Assembly: GCF_036321535.1 (NCBI RefSeq)
Contig: NC_087436.1
Location: forward strand, 10,664,001 to 10,728,000
DNA length: 64,000 nucleotides
Source: Camelus dromedarius
Lineage: Eukaryota
Direction: 5' to 3'
Shown here: positions 39,555 to 52,080 of the stretch, in pieces
Layout: each line of letters begins with the position of its first letter
Position numbering within the stretch: position 1 is the first letter of the stretch
Translations under genes and position numbers: made by a program
The notes under the pieces: model-generated
Told to the model about the DNA's origin: nothing
What the model saw: only the letters and a program-made list of their open reading frames with translations
Database searches by the model: none

Positions 39555-41975
39555 GTGTTCTAAGGCTGCTTCTCTCTACCTTTCACAATCCCTTGCTTTG
39601 GGTGTAGAATCCTCATAATGTGTGTTCTGGGTCTCTTCAAGAGATTATTTAATTTTACTTGCTACTGTTAATAGCACACTATTCCTCAACTTGTGAGATC
39701 CCATCATGTCTTGGGACATTTCTAGAGAAGTTTCTGGCCTCCCTTAGCAACAGAGCCCCACTCTCTGATCTGCAAGACCAACTCCATTTTGATGATCAGT
39801 CACCATCTCAAGCCAAGCCAATCACAAGTCACAACTTCTGCCTTTAGGAAAATCCCATTCTGCCTGTAAAACACTCCCCGGACCTGAGTGAGAACTACTG
39901 GCAGGAGAGTTCATCCACCCCTCTCTCTTCCAGACACGCCCCTCTCTCTTTCAGACACACCACTCTCTCTTTCGGCATCCTTCTTTTGTATAGGAACCCA
40001 CCAATCAGCTCCTACCCCCAGGCATATATAACCAACCCTACATGCAGAGTGCGGGAGCTAGAGGAATCACACTCCCTTACATCAGGCTATACTACAAAGC
40101 TACAGTAATCAAAACAGTATGCTACTGGCACAAAAACAAGAAACATAGATCAATGAAACAGAAAAAAGAGCCCAGAAATAAGCCCACACACTTATGGTCA
40201 GTTAATCTTCTACAAGGAGGCAAGAATATACAATGGAGAAAAGACAGTCTCTTCAATAAGTGGTGCTGGGAAAACTGAACAGCTTCATGTAAAAGAATGA
40301 AATTACAACAGGCTCCAACAGCATATACAAAACTAAACTTAAAGTGGATTAAAGATCTAAATATAAGACTGGAAACTATAAAATTCCTGGAGGAAAACAT
40401 AGGCAGGGTGCTCTTTAACATAAATCACAACAATGTATTTTTGGATGGATTTCCTAAAGCAAAGGAGATATAAGCAAAAATAAGCAAATGAATCTAATTA
40501 AAATTAAAAGTTTTTGCACAGAAAAGGAAACCATCAACAAAAGAAAAGGACAACCTACAGAATGAGAGAAGATATTTGCAAATGATAAGACCAATAAGGA
40601 GTTAATACCCAACATACACAAACAGCTCATACAACTCAACATCAAAAAAAATCAAACAACCTGATTAAAAAATGGGCAAAACTGAACAGACATTTTTCCA
40701 AAGAGGAAATGCAAATGGCCAACAGGCACATGAAAACATGCTTGGCATTGCTAATCACTGGGGAAATGCAAATTAAAACCACAATGAGATATTAACTCAC
40801 ATCTGTCAGAATGCCTATCATTAAAAAGAACACAAATAACAAATGTTAGTGAGGATGTGGAGAAAATGGGAACCCTTGTACACTGTTGGTAGGAATGTTG
40901 TGGCCACTATGGAAATCAGTATGAAGATTTCTCAAAAAAAAACTAAAAATAGAACTACCATATGACCCAGCAATTCCACTCTTGGATATATATTTGAAAA
41001 AATACAAACCAATAATTCAAAAAGATCCTTGAACCCTCAATGTTCATAGCAGCATTATTTCCAATTGCCAAGACATGGAAGCAATCTTACTGTCCATCAG
41101 CAGATGACTGGATAAAGAAGAAGTGGCATATATACACAATGGAATACTACTCAGCCATAAAAAAGAATAAAACTTTGCCATTTGTGTAGCAACATGGATG
41201 TACATGGACGGCATTATGCTAATTGAAACAAGTCAGACGAAGACAAATATTGCATGATATCACTTATATATGGAATCTAAAAAAGTACAACACAGTAGTG
41301 AATAAAAAAAAAGAAGGCACTCACAGATACAGAGAACAAACTAGTGGTTACATGGGAGAGGGAAGGGGGAAGGGGCAATATGAGGCTAGAAAAAAAGTTA
41401 TTATAGGATTAGATAAAATCACATATGTGAAACTTTTGAAAATTGTAAAGCACTACAGAATTTAAAGAATCTCTGATTCGATTTAAAAAAAGACAAAAAA
41501 CAATTAAGGCCCAATATTCTGTGCAGCCTTGACATCTGGTTAAATCAGAGGGTTCTGAATGGCGTAACTGCAAGTTCCTCTTCCCTTGGGTAAGAGCCTT
41601 TAGACAAACAGCCTCCTTATCAAAGGGACCACGGAGGGTCCCTGCCTATTCCTGAGCAGTGGGTTTCAGTTCCCAGCCAGCCCACAGAATTATTCAAATA
41701 AGCCAATCAGGTCCTTCCACAGGAACTGGTGGACATCCCATATCTCAATACCATTCAGCCCACCTCCTGCAGCCCCTGGTTCTTCACTTTGTTCCTGGGT
41801 ACACCGCCGTGTGGCTCTGAATTGACGGCAGAGTCATCTTCACTGGGGCTGTGAGCATGTGTGACTAATATACAATCTCATCTTTCCCCTGTTGAGTGCT
41901 ATGTTCACCCATCCCCACAGCCCTAAGGCAGGAGTCCCTCCCTCACCAACGGATGAAGAGAAATCAGATAAAACA
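39555..41975 (+). mobile_element. Old ERV LTR sequence (about 39555-40045 and 41500-41975) split by an L1
   Basis: LTR-like GC-richer blocks ending gataaaaca on either side of the L1; family not resolved. Confidence 0.55.
40050..41500 (+). mobile_element. 5'-truncated L1 (ORF2 3' half and 3' UTR)
   Basis: ORF 40042..40278 [19 protein letters not shown]...[10 protein letters not shown] is L1 ORF2. Confidence 0.95.
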
Positions 41976-43211
41976 TAAGTCAAAACTAAGTCCAAAAATT
42001 TTTAACTTTGTAGAAGTACAAAATATTAATTTAAAATTTTAAATCAAATATAAAATGTATATTAATATTCATTTTATATTAATAAAAATAAGCGATTTTA
42101 TATTAAAAAAGAAAGTCATTCTGGATTTCCTTGGAAACTAGATGAAAATGTTCTGAATTAGTGATGGTTGCACAACTTTGCAAATATGGTAAAAACAACT
42201 GAAATGGATTTTAAAAAGGTGAATTATGCCTCAATTAAAGTAGCTAGAAATGAAAATTTAAATAGTCGTGACTATAGCCCACTGAAAATTTTAAATTGTC
42301 TTACTAAATGTTGATACCCATTTGGAAGCATTACATCATGTTACAATAGGAGTGACTATAAAATTCAAAGAAGTGAGTATTTACATGGAAAGTAAGTCAT
42401 AGCAAATGCTGAAATAAACGTCCCAAGCCAACCTCTGTTCTAAGGAACAGTACTGGACACCTAACAAGTGCATTTACTTGCGAAGGAAGTGAGACAATTT
42501 ACATGGAGCATGTAATGCTTAGTTTTGACTTACCACAATAAATGCATTAGCAATTAGAATCAAAATGAGTCCGATACTGAATTTAGCTTTATAGAATCAA
42601 GTGATTAAATACTTACTTAAGATGAAAACACCCAAACCAGTTTTATGTTTAATATTATTTTTTAAGACCTACATCCATAGAATGGGAAGACAGAGGAAAT
42701 CTAAACAGAGCTCTAGCTTCTTTGTTTCCCAGATGAAGGAAATGATGTGTAGGGAGACCATGTGCCAAGCCCAAGGTCATGTACCAAGGTAGGTCAGAGC
42801 CAGGAGTGGAAGTGAAGTTTCCCTCTCCCAGTTCATGCCCGCTTCCTCCTCTGCCCTCTCCTCAATCCCTGACATTAAACACCGGGTATCATTTAGATTG
42901 ATGCTAGACTTGATAAATATTCCTATAGCCATTATGGCCCTGCAGGTTCAGTCTTTAGGCAAATGTGCGTATGTATCCTCAGCTTAAAATGTTTTAAAAG
43001 GAGCATTTTGTTGATCAAGAGTGATACACTTGGCAAAGAAAATGCAGATCACCATCATCAGGTCAGTCTGACTTAGTATTTATGTATGAGAATCACTTAG
43101 AGAAAAGTCTATTTGAGCACCACTGTATGGGAACTATGCTTTAGCACATCTATTCACTTTGCCCACTAAAATTTGGGTCTGTTTTAATCCACCTAATCAA
43201 GGTTTTTAAGC

Positions 43212-43217
43212 TTTATT
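43212..43217 (-). terminator. Candidate polyadenylation signal (AATAAA) for the minus-strand gene
   Basis: tttatt on + strand at 43212-43217, the first canonical hexamer I found after the stop codon. Confidence 0.4.
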
Positions 43218-43588
43218 CCTTCTTAAAAGAGTTTAACTGAGCAATTTTAAACAAATTTCAAACTGAGCAATTTAAAATAAAGAAAAGAAAACTGGTTCTG
43301 GCTGATCACACAAGCATAAAATTGAGTAAATAGTTAACATAAATAAATGGCAGTACCGCGGGAAATACATACTTAAGACAGAAAGTGGCTAGAAAATGCC
43401 ACTTACCTGCTTTCCCCAAGTCAGGTTATCAGATGATGGGTAACAGTTAACACAGAGTCTACGCCTTTAGGAGGGACAGGTGGCTCGGAGTGCTGTTCCT
43501 GGTCACCTGCGTTCTCCCTGTGGCACGGGCTGTCTCTACAGCGAGTGGCTCAAGCCTTTTTACAAGAGTAGACTTTCTTTTCTGAGGC

Positions 43589-43634
43589 TCACAGTGCCAT
43601 TTCCTGTACAACGCCATTAACGATTTCCTCAATC
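43589..43634 (-). CDS. Last coding exon portion: (K)IEEIVNGVVQEMAL*
   Basis: Branch point ctaac, pyrimidine tract and tttaag acceptor; TGA at 43591-43589; AATAAA about 370 nt downstream. Confidence 0.7.
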
Positions 43635-44341
43635 CTTAAAGGTAGTGGGGGTGGAAAGTTAGCTTAAATATTGATCTGGCAGCATATTAAAGAAAGGGAA
43701 ACAGCTGTAATTTCAAAGTTCTGCCTGGTCTTTGTGTAGCTAATGATGATGACCGGGAATAGATGGCTCTTTGGGCAGGGACTGTAATAGCTCTGTTTCT
43801 TTCACTCAGATTGATCTCCGGGCAGAGTATTGAAGGCAAGGCTCACAGTAAGGAGACGTGAAGTGTTCTGCCAGGGAAAGTGACAAGAATTTCATGAGTT
43901 TTCTATCAAACAAGGAATATTTCTGTGAGATGACCCCTGTAAAATTTAAGGCATGTTTTTTTCCTTTTCTCCCAGATACTCAGAATTTAACATCAAATTG
44001 TAGTGTTCATTATTTCTTTTCGTTAGGTTGTAATTTGCTCCATCACCCCTGAACACTAAGTCATCAGCATCTTAGAGCTTAGTAGGAAGTATGGACGGAA
44101 TGAAAGAAGTAGAGGGTTCAACCAGGGGTGACATGATGATTCAACAAACCACAGTGGCCAACAGAAGGCCAGAACCCAGGGTGGAGTCCTGAGTAACCAG
44201 GAAGATGGAGGCACCACTGGGTTGCCTTTGAGGAAATGTTGGACAGATCTGCTCTCACTTTGAGATGAAAGTCACTTGTTTGCTGTGTACAGCATCTGGT
44301 GCCTACCCACTCCACATACATGCCCCACAGCAAAAAGTTAC

Positions 44342-44399
44342 TTGGGACTATTAAAGTTCCGTATCTCCCTGGTACAGTCATTACCCCAGAATGTAATCC
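44342..44399 (-). CDS. Internal coding exon (58 nt, phase 1 to 2): (G)ITFWGNDCTREIRNFNSP(K)
   Basis: Strong acceptor ttttattctcttctgtgtctcag and donor CAA|gtaact; open in the phase required. Confidence 0.7.
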
Positions 44400-44568
44400 C
44401 TGAGACACAGAAGAGAATAAAAGTGTGGAGAATGAAGTATTGTGATGCAGGCTAGCTATATCAAAACAATGCCATTCTACCACTTGGAAACACAAAGGCA
44501 GACTTCTGACACATCACTCTCCTAATCATTCAGACATCTCTGTGGAAGAGAATTAACAGTAAGAGTTG

Positions 44569-44720
44569 CGGGGAGGGTATAGATCAGTGGTAGAGCGTGT
44601 GCTTAGCCTGCACGAGGTCCTGGGTTCAATCCCCAGTGCCTCCATTAAAATAAATTTTGAAAAAACCTAATTACCTCCCCTCTCAAAAAGTTTAAAAAAA
44701 TTTAAATTAAAAAAACAAAG
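44569..44720 (+). mobile_element. Full-length tRNA-derived SINE (Vic-1-like) with TSD agtaagagt
   Basis: ggggagggtatagatcagtggtagagcg...gggttcaatccccag; duplicated flanks. Confidence 0.92.
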
Positions 44721-45419
44721 TAAGAGTCATATTAAGGTTTTGTACGGCTCCGGAGGAATACATGAAAGAAACTCGTTGTCTAAATAAATTGTTATATCTA
44801 AAGAAAACTAAAATTTTATTTTGAGATTTAAACCATATGACAACGTTTACTTTAAAGATACTGCTATTTTAATTCTGTCTTCCCATTGAATTCAAATTTC
44901 ACAGCTCTCATGCTTTGCTTAAGTATTACTGTCATTTTTACCACTGGCATCTACTTTCTCTTAATCTGATATATTTTCTAACTTTAAAGTTGTCAGGACT
45001 TCCCTAAAGACTTTTCTTCTTCTTAATAGACAACTTTTTTACTTCCTAAACTGCAACTCCAGAATGTCAAAAGGATAACAAATCAGTCTTAAAGAATTAT
45101 GTTAACATATTTCTATGATATTATGAAAACAGAACATGACAAACAAAATGTGATGTAAAAAAACATGGTAATATCTTTCATGCAACATCAACAGAGTGAT
45201 CTTTTTTTAATAGCAGCAAGGAAAATTTAGCTATCAACGTCCTTTCACAATATTAATGGGTTGTAAATTTCAGATTTCCCAGCCAAATGCTATAAATGAG
45301 GTTCACTGAGCCAATATCTAACATTAATGGCTCCTCTTTTCTTTTTCAGAATATATCAAAATATATATACCTGGCAAAATATATCACCATAAAAAAGAAA
45401 CATTCAATATCTTATTTTT

Positions 45420-45632
45420 GATTGGGAGTTTGCGATTGGTGGATACAAACTACTATATACACAGAACAGATAAACAAGGTCCTACTGGAAAGCACAGGGA
45501 ACTATATTCGCCTGTAGTAGCCTGTAATGAAAAAGAATAAGCATTTGTGTATATGCATAACTGAATGACTATGCTGTACACCAGAAACTAACACAGCATT
45601 GTTAATCAACTATACTTCAATTAAAAAAAATG
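45420..45632 (+). mobile_element. Short L1 3' end
   Basis: gcacagggaactatatt...actatacttcaattaaaaaaaa. Confidence 0.85.
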
Positions 45633-47955
45633 GAAACCAAACCCAAACAAAACAAAACAAAATCTTATTTTTGAGAACAACTTGGAAGCAAGTACAGCAT
45701 TAATGATGAAAGGGTAAATTCCAGTTTTATATCTAATCATTCGTACTGTTTCCATAACCCTGGGGGAACATTTCCCCTGGCTGTGACGAAACTAAAACCT
45801 TTAGGCTACAAATAAAACAAACAAATAAAATAAACACACACATGAGAAGAAGTTGGTCAGAAGAAGCGACAGCAGTGGACTTCGTGAAGGCTGGTTTGGA
45901 GGCAGTGCTCGTGAAGTGAGCACAGGATAAAGGACTTGAAAGCACACTTGCCCCTGGTGGTAATTTCTGAAATTTACAGCCATTTCCATGCTCCCCAGGT
46001 TGCTCCAGGTGCTTCTCTCTGCAGTGAGGACAGAGCCAAGGCCGACTTCTCGGGGTCAAGTCAGCACGGCGCCAGCAGCAGCTGCGAACTGTGGGGGGGC
46101 TGCTGTGTGTGTGTGTGTCTATCAGCGACTGCGCGGACCAAGTGAGCCATTTCCTTACATTAAGCTCTTTCTCATCTAGTTTATTAGTCTCCGTTTTTTT
46201 TTTTAATAGTCTCTCACATGATATTTTTTCTTTTCTTTCTGTAATTGTAACCTTTATTTTCTTTTAATCCTAGAAACCAGAATGCCCCAATATAAGCTAC
46301 GCCTTTGCTGATGGGCTATTGAACACACCGCAAAACTGTAAAGTACCTGAAATTTACTTACTTGTTGACAGAGAAGCCTCTGTTACAGAGTGTCTGTTTT
46401 TAGTATTTCTCATTCTTCCAGTGGGGCTTGACTTAAAGAGATCTGATTCTTTCAGACGGCCAAGGCAATGTTATTAACAGTAGCTAAACTTTCTTGAATA
46501 GGAACCGTGTGTACCTGACACTGTTCAAAAAGCTTTGCATGAAATACTTTCAGATGATCGTTACAACCCACTAAGAAGGTACCATTAGCATCCTCATTTC
46601 ACGGCTGAGAACACTTGTGGTGGGAGCGAAGTAACCTGCTCACATCTGCCTCTGACCTTCTTACACACATGACAACTTCGTCTCAGTGCCTCTGTATCAG
46701 TGATTACCAGCATTACAGCAGCAGCCAGAAGCTTTGAGAGTCTATCACTATTTGTTCTAAAGCAGCCGTCTTACAAAATGCAAGACTTTACTCTTAAGGA
46801 ACAGTTACACAAAAAGACATGTATGCACCAAAAATGGAGATACTCTTACCAAAAGCAAGAGACAGTGAGGGGTGTGGAGACAGTCACAGAGTTAAAAAAA
46901 AATATTCTGTGCCTATCCTCATGGTTTACAATGTGGTATGAAAACAGCAATATCAGAGGTTTAAAAAGTCAGTGACACAGAGAAGGTCAAAGGGCTGCGG
47001 GCAATGTCAAAGGGAGAAGAGATCATTGATAGCCAGAGAGATTAGGAAAGTCTAAGCTGAGTTAAGAAACCACAACAAAAAACTATGTTTGTTTTAAATT
47101 TTTAAAAGAATATATACATTTTATAGGATGTGTGTATATACGTGTGTGTGTGTGTGTATTTGTTTGGTTAGCTGTATGCTAACCTTGAAGGGCATACCTA
47201 TGGTGGAAGAGCTCTCATTTTAAAGTTATAACTAGCTTGGGCTGCACTTCCAGGTGGGTCTGTGGAATGAGTCTCTTCAGTTCCAAAAACAGAACTAAAT
47301 ATAGAGAGCCATCCTCCATTGTGTCTGGAGAGAGTCATTAACCTGAAGATGTCCAAAATTAAGAAGTTTTTCTTAATTTTGCACTCATTTTGCATTTGCA
47401 ATGTATATGCATGTGCTTGTTGAGAAGTTATTCCCTGAATAACCTAAGCTGAGGCCCCTAAGACTTCAGCTGAGATCATTAGAAAGACATTTGTTGAACG
47501 AAAGACATCCAAAAGGAAAGGGTCTGGGGGGCCCAACCTGCACTATCAAATCTTAAGACTCACTGAATGACATTCTGGGAAATGGACTAATGTTATCGGC
47601 CCCATGGACTGATGTGATTCTCATAAGAGGGATAAAGTGTCAGTGAGCCAAAGATGAGTTAGATGCCGCATCCAGAAGTCGGAGCAAGGAGCAAGGCCTG
47701 ACCCTGGAGGCTGGGTCAGTCCTAAGAAGTAGGGGCCAAGCTCTGAGTCCAGGGACGTTCTCAGGACTAGCAGCAGGTGTGGGTTTGGGCTGGGCCAGAA
47801 GCTAGATGTAGAAGCAACCTTAAAACTGACTGGCAGCTGGAAGATAGGTATCGTCTGGGGGAACCACCTCTACAGCTACAAGTCAGCATTGCCTTGCACT
47901 TCTTTTCCTGGTTTTCCCTAAACTTTAAGAACAGACATTAAAATTTGCAGTCATA

Positions 47956-49912
47956 GTTTGACATACAGAAATCAGTTGCATTTCTCTACACTAACAATTA
48001 AATATCAGAAAAAAAAAGTAAAGGAACAACCCCTTTTAAAATTGCATCCAAAAAAATAAAATACTTAGGAATAAATCTGCCCAAGGAAGTGAAAGACATA
48101 TGCAGAGAACTACAAAACAGTGATTAAGGAAATTAAAGATGACTTAAAGAAATGAAAAGATATCCCATGCTCTTGGATGGGAAGAATCAATATTGTTAAA
48201 ATGGCCACACTGACCAAGGCAATCTACAGATTTAATGTGAGCCCTATGAAATTACCCAGCACATTTTTCACAGAACTAGAACAAATAATCCTAAAATTTA
48301 TACGGGATCACAGAAGACCTAGAATTGTCAAAGCAATACTGAAGAAAAATAATGAAGCTGGAGGAAAAACTCTCCCAGGCTTCACATAATACTACAGAGC
48401 TACAGTAATCAAAACTGCATGGTATTGGTACAAAAACAGACATATGGATCAATGGAACAGAATAAATAACTCAGAAATAAATTCACACATTTATGGTCAA
48501 TTAATCTTCAACAAAGGATGCAAGGATATACAAAGGAGAAAAGACCGTTTCTTCAGCAAGTGGTGTTGGGAAAACTGGACAGCCACATGTAAATCAATGA
48601 AGTTAGAACACTCACTCACACCATACACAAAATTAAACTCAAAATGGCTTAAAGACTTAAATATAAGACACTATAAACCTCCTAGAAGAAAACAGGTAAA
48701 ACATTCTCTGACATAAATTTTAGCAATGCTCTCCTAGCACAATCTACCCAGGAAACAGAAATAAAGGAAAAAGAAACAAATGGGACCTAATTAAACTTAT
48801 AATCTTTTGCACAGCAAAGGAAACCATAAGCAAAACAAAATGACAAACTGCAGAATGGGAGAAAATATTTGCAAATGATGCAACTGACAAAGGTTTAACT
48901 TCCAGAATATATAAACAGCTCATACAACTCAATAACAAAAAAATAAACAACCCAATCCAAAAATGAGCAGAAGACCTAAACAAGCAATTCTCCAATGAAG
49001 AGATACAAATGGCCAATAGATATGTGAAAAAATGCTCAGTACTGTGTATTATCAGAGAAATGCAAATCAAAATTACAATGAGGTATCACCTCACACCAGT
49101 TAGAATGGCCACCATTCAAAAGTCCATGAACAATAAATGCTGGAGACGGTGTGTGGAAAAGGGAACCCCCCTACGCTGCTGGTGGGAATGTAGTCTGGTG
49201 CAGCCATTCTGGAAAACAGTTTGGAGATTCAACAAAAAATTAAAAATAGACTTACCATATGATCCAGCAATCCCACTCCTGAGCATGTATCAAGAGAAAA
49301 CTCTAATTTGAAAAGATACATGCAGCCCAGTGTTCACAGCAGCAGTATATACAGTAGCCAAGACATGGAAACAACCTAAATGTCCATCAACAGATGAATG
49401 GATAAACAAGCTGTGGTATATTTATAAAATGGAATACTACTCAGCCATAAAAATAATAAAATAATGCCATCTGCAGCAACATGAATGGAACTGAAGATCA
49501 TCATTTTAAGTGAAGTAAACCAGAAAGAGAAACAAAAATACCATATGATATCACTCATAGGTGGAATCTAAAAACAGAAAAAAGAAGACACAAATGAACT
49601 TATTTACAAAACAGAAACAGACTCACAGTCATAGTAAATAATCTTACGGTTACTGGGGGAAGAAGGGGTAGGAAAGGATAAATCATGAGTTTGAGATTTG
49701 CAGATACTAATTAATATATATAAAATAGATAAACATGTTTATACTGTATAGCACAGGGAACTATATTCAATATCTTATAGTAACCTATAATGAAAAAGAG
49801 TATGAAAACAAATACATGTATGTATATGGATGACTGAAACATTATGCTGTACACCAGAAATTGACACAATGTAAACTGGTTATATATCAATTAAAGGAAA
49901 AAAAATAAAATG
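47956..49912 (+). mobile_element. Young 5'-truncated L1 (about 1.95 kb) with 15-bp TSD aaatttgcagtcata
   Basis: ORF2 fragments 48177-49311 ([23 protein letters not shown]); TSD at 47941-47955 and 49913-49927. Confidence 0.96.
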
Positions 49913-51441
49913 AAATTTGCAGTCATATCCTCCTTGTGTGTGGGTAAATTAAGGAATGGACACGAACACGCTCTGGGAGAAGTGGTGTGGGCAGAGCAGC
50001 GCAGGGTGTTGGTGACAATGAAAGGTAGTGACAAGGTAGTATCGTCCCCCGCTGCTCAGCTCACCTCTCCACCTCCCGAAGACTGGGGCAGAAAAGGCAC
50101 CAGCATCATGAATTCACGTGGAAACTCTTCCTGAGCCTGTGAGCCACAGCCTCTTCCTTGAGAGACTCGGAAATAACTAAGACCATGTGAGAGTGAAGAA
50201 AGTCTGTGCAGGCACGTAGAGAGTCAAAGGTCCTCACTGCTGGGCAATCCGACTTAAAAAAAAAAAAGAGCGAGAATGTATTCTGAAATCCTACGTTGGC
50301 AAGGCACAGACTCAGCCATCACACAGATTACAACAGAAAAGAAGTCAGAATTTTATTCTTAGTGATCTCACTGGAGTGTCTCACTTGGCTTCTCTGAAAT
50401 TAAAGCCTTCAGCTACGAAATGGGTATTAAAGCAAAGATGAATTTCCCTGGTCTGGTCAATGATAACATATCTGAGGATTTTGTGGAACCATGAAGTTCT
50501 ATGGGAAGATGAACATGATAATTTACGAAACGGGGAAACTTAGCTCGTTGATAGCACATAGAACGGCTCAGAGAGCCAGATAACATGCAACTAAACACAC
50601 ACATGAATGCTGTGTGCCCAAGGACACGCAGTCATCTTCACAGTTCAGCTTCTCTGGTAAGGCGACCTCAGAAAATGGCATTATCCAATCCTTCTGTGCC
50701 CAGGCTTTAAAAGATCTTTAAAAATCGTCCAAAACCTCACGTTCATTAACTCAGTCCAGCTGAGCTCCTAAAGCCAAAAAGACGATAAGCGATGTATCCC
50801 AATGTGTAGTGTACTGTCTCCCTCCTCCCATCCGCAAGGGGCTGGGAAAGTCCAGACCTGTTGGAGTGACAGAAACGACTGCAGTATTCATTTCAGAGAG
50901 ACACAGATCTGGAAGGAGGGGCTGTCCGTCCTTGCTACGAGGGTCGCTTATTCAGAGCAGAAGTAGACAGTGGCCTTGTCTAAAAATTCCAAGATAATTT
51001 ACACAGAATGGAAAACCAATGCTAGAGAATTGAATTCAAAGAACACTGTAAACAGGTATGTGTATTTAACGGCTACTGTGAATGCAAAAAAAAAATACGT
51101 AAAATATATATCATGAACTCTACTAACCTTTAGGAAATAGAGATGCTAAGTTAGATTTAGACCCACTAGAATTTCTAGACAAAAGATGACCCCTTTGTCA
51201 CTGCAACTTTCTCCACTCTGCCCCCAATAACAAAGGCTTGTTAATTATTCTGTATTATCAGGTATAATCTGTGTCATGAATCGAAGGGCTAGTTATCAAA
51301 TCAAGGTCTCCATTTCTGGATTAAGCCTTTAAGCCTTTTATCTTTGGACTACTGAGAGCACCAACATTTCTCCATCCATTTCAACATAAAATATACCCTT
51401 GGAATTAAGGATATAGACATATTTATTACCTGAACTCTAGC

Positions 51442-52080
51442 TGTTAAAATAGAGTGACTCGTGATACACCTTCTTCTCTACACCCTCATCCATGAAGGGT
51501 ATCTCTAACTAATCACAACATCCTTCCTCGACAAGCCTGAACATGACCTTCTAAACTCTGTCAAGACAGTGCCCCAGGCAGTCTCCAACAATTCATGAGG
51601 GTTAGCAGGAGAACTGAAATGTATCTGCTACCCTAACTGACAAGGGATGTTTTGAGTAACAGGCCCCTATAACCTCATACTTTTATTCTCAATGGAAGCT
51701 TCTGAAATTGGCTTCGTGCGGTTGTTCACTTGGTGAGTTGATCTCGAAGTGGGAATGGGAAACGGGGGGAAACAGCCCCCCTCCTCCTCCCTTTGGTGGA
51801 AGCAGCAGGAAACCTTGGCTTACTGACCCTTTCTTTGGCAAGCAGGTCCCACCACAAGCATTCTCCAAGGATGAGGGCTTCTTGAATCTTTCCCTGTCCT
51901 CTGTATTTTAAGATCTGAAATCTGTCTCTGCAAGAGCAATTGGCTCCTTCTCCGTGTGATCGGCTCCTTCTCCGTGTGATCGAGTGGTGTTAAATTGTAT
52001 CTGCTACATTTGGAAAACAGTCATACAAGTTTCTTTTAACTCTCTTGTGGTAACTACTTGCAAGGAAAGCCCTGCAAACA
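51442..52080 (+). mobile_element. Probable old solo ERV1-class LTR containing a 20-bp tandem duplication (about 51941-51982)
   Basis: tgttaaaa...aaaca termini, LTR-like composition; ggctccttctccgtgtgatc twice. Confidence 0.5.

Noticed and set aside
43629..43634. Direct splice from 57493 giving ...SLKD*
   Set aside because: Possible as a skipped isoform, but two well-formed intervening exons give a longer phase-consistent reading.
44118..44495. 125-aa minus-strand ORF
   Set aside because: It spans the 58-nt exon in a different frame plus intron sequence; not the phase-compatible reading.
44569..44645. tRNA-Ala gene
   Set aside because: tRNA-like head is followed by a SINE body, A-rich tail and TSD, with several diverged copies in the window.
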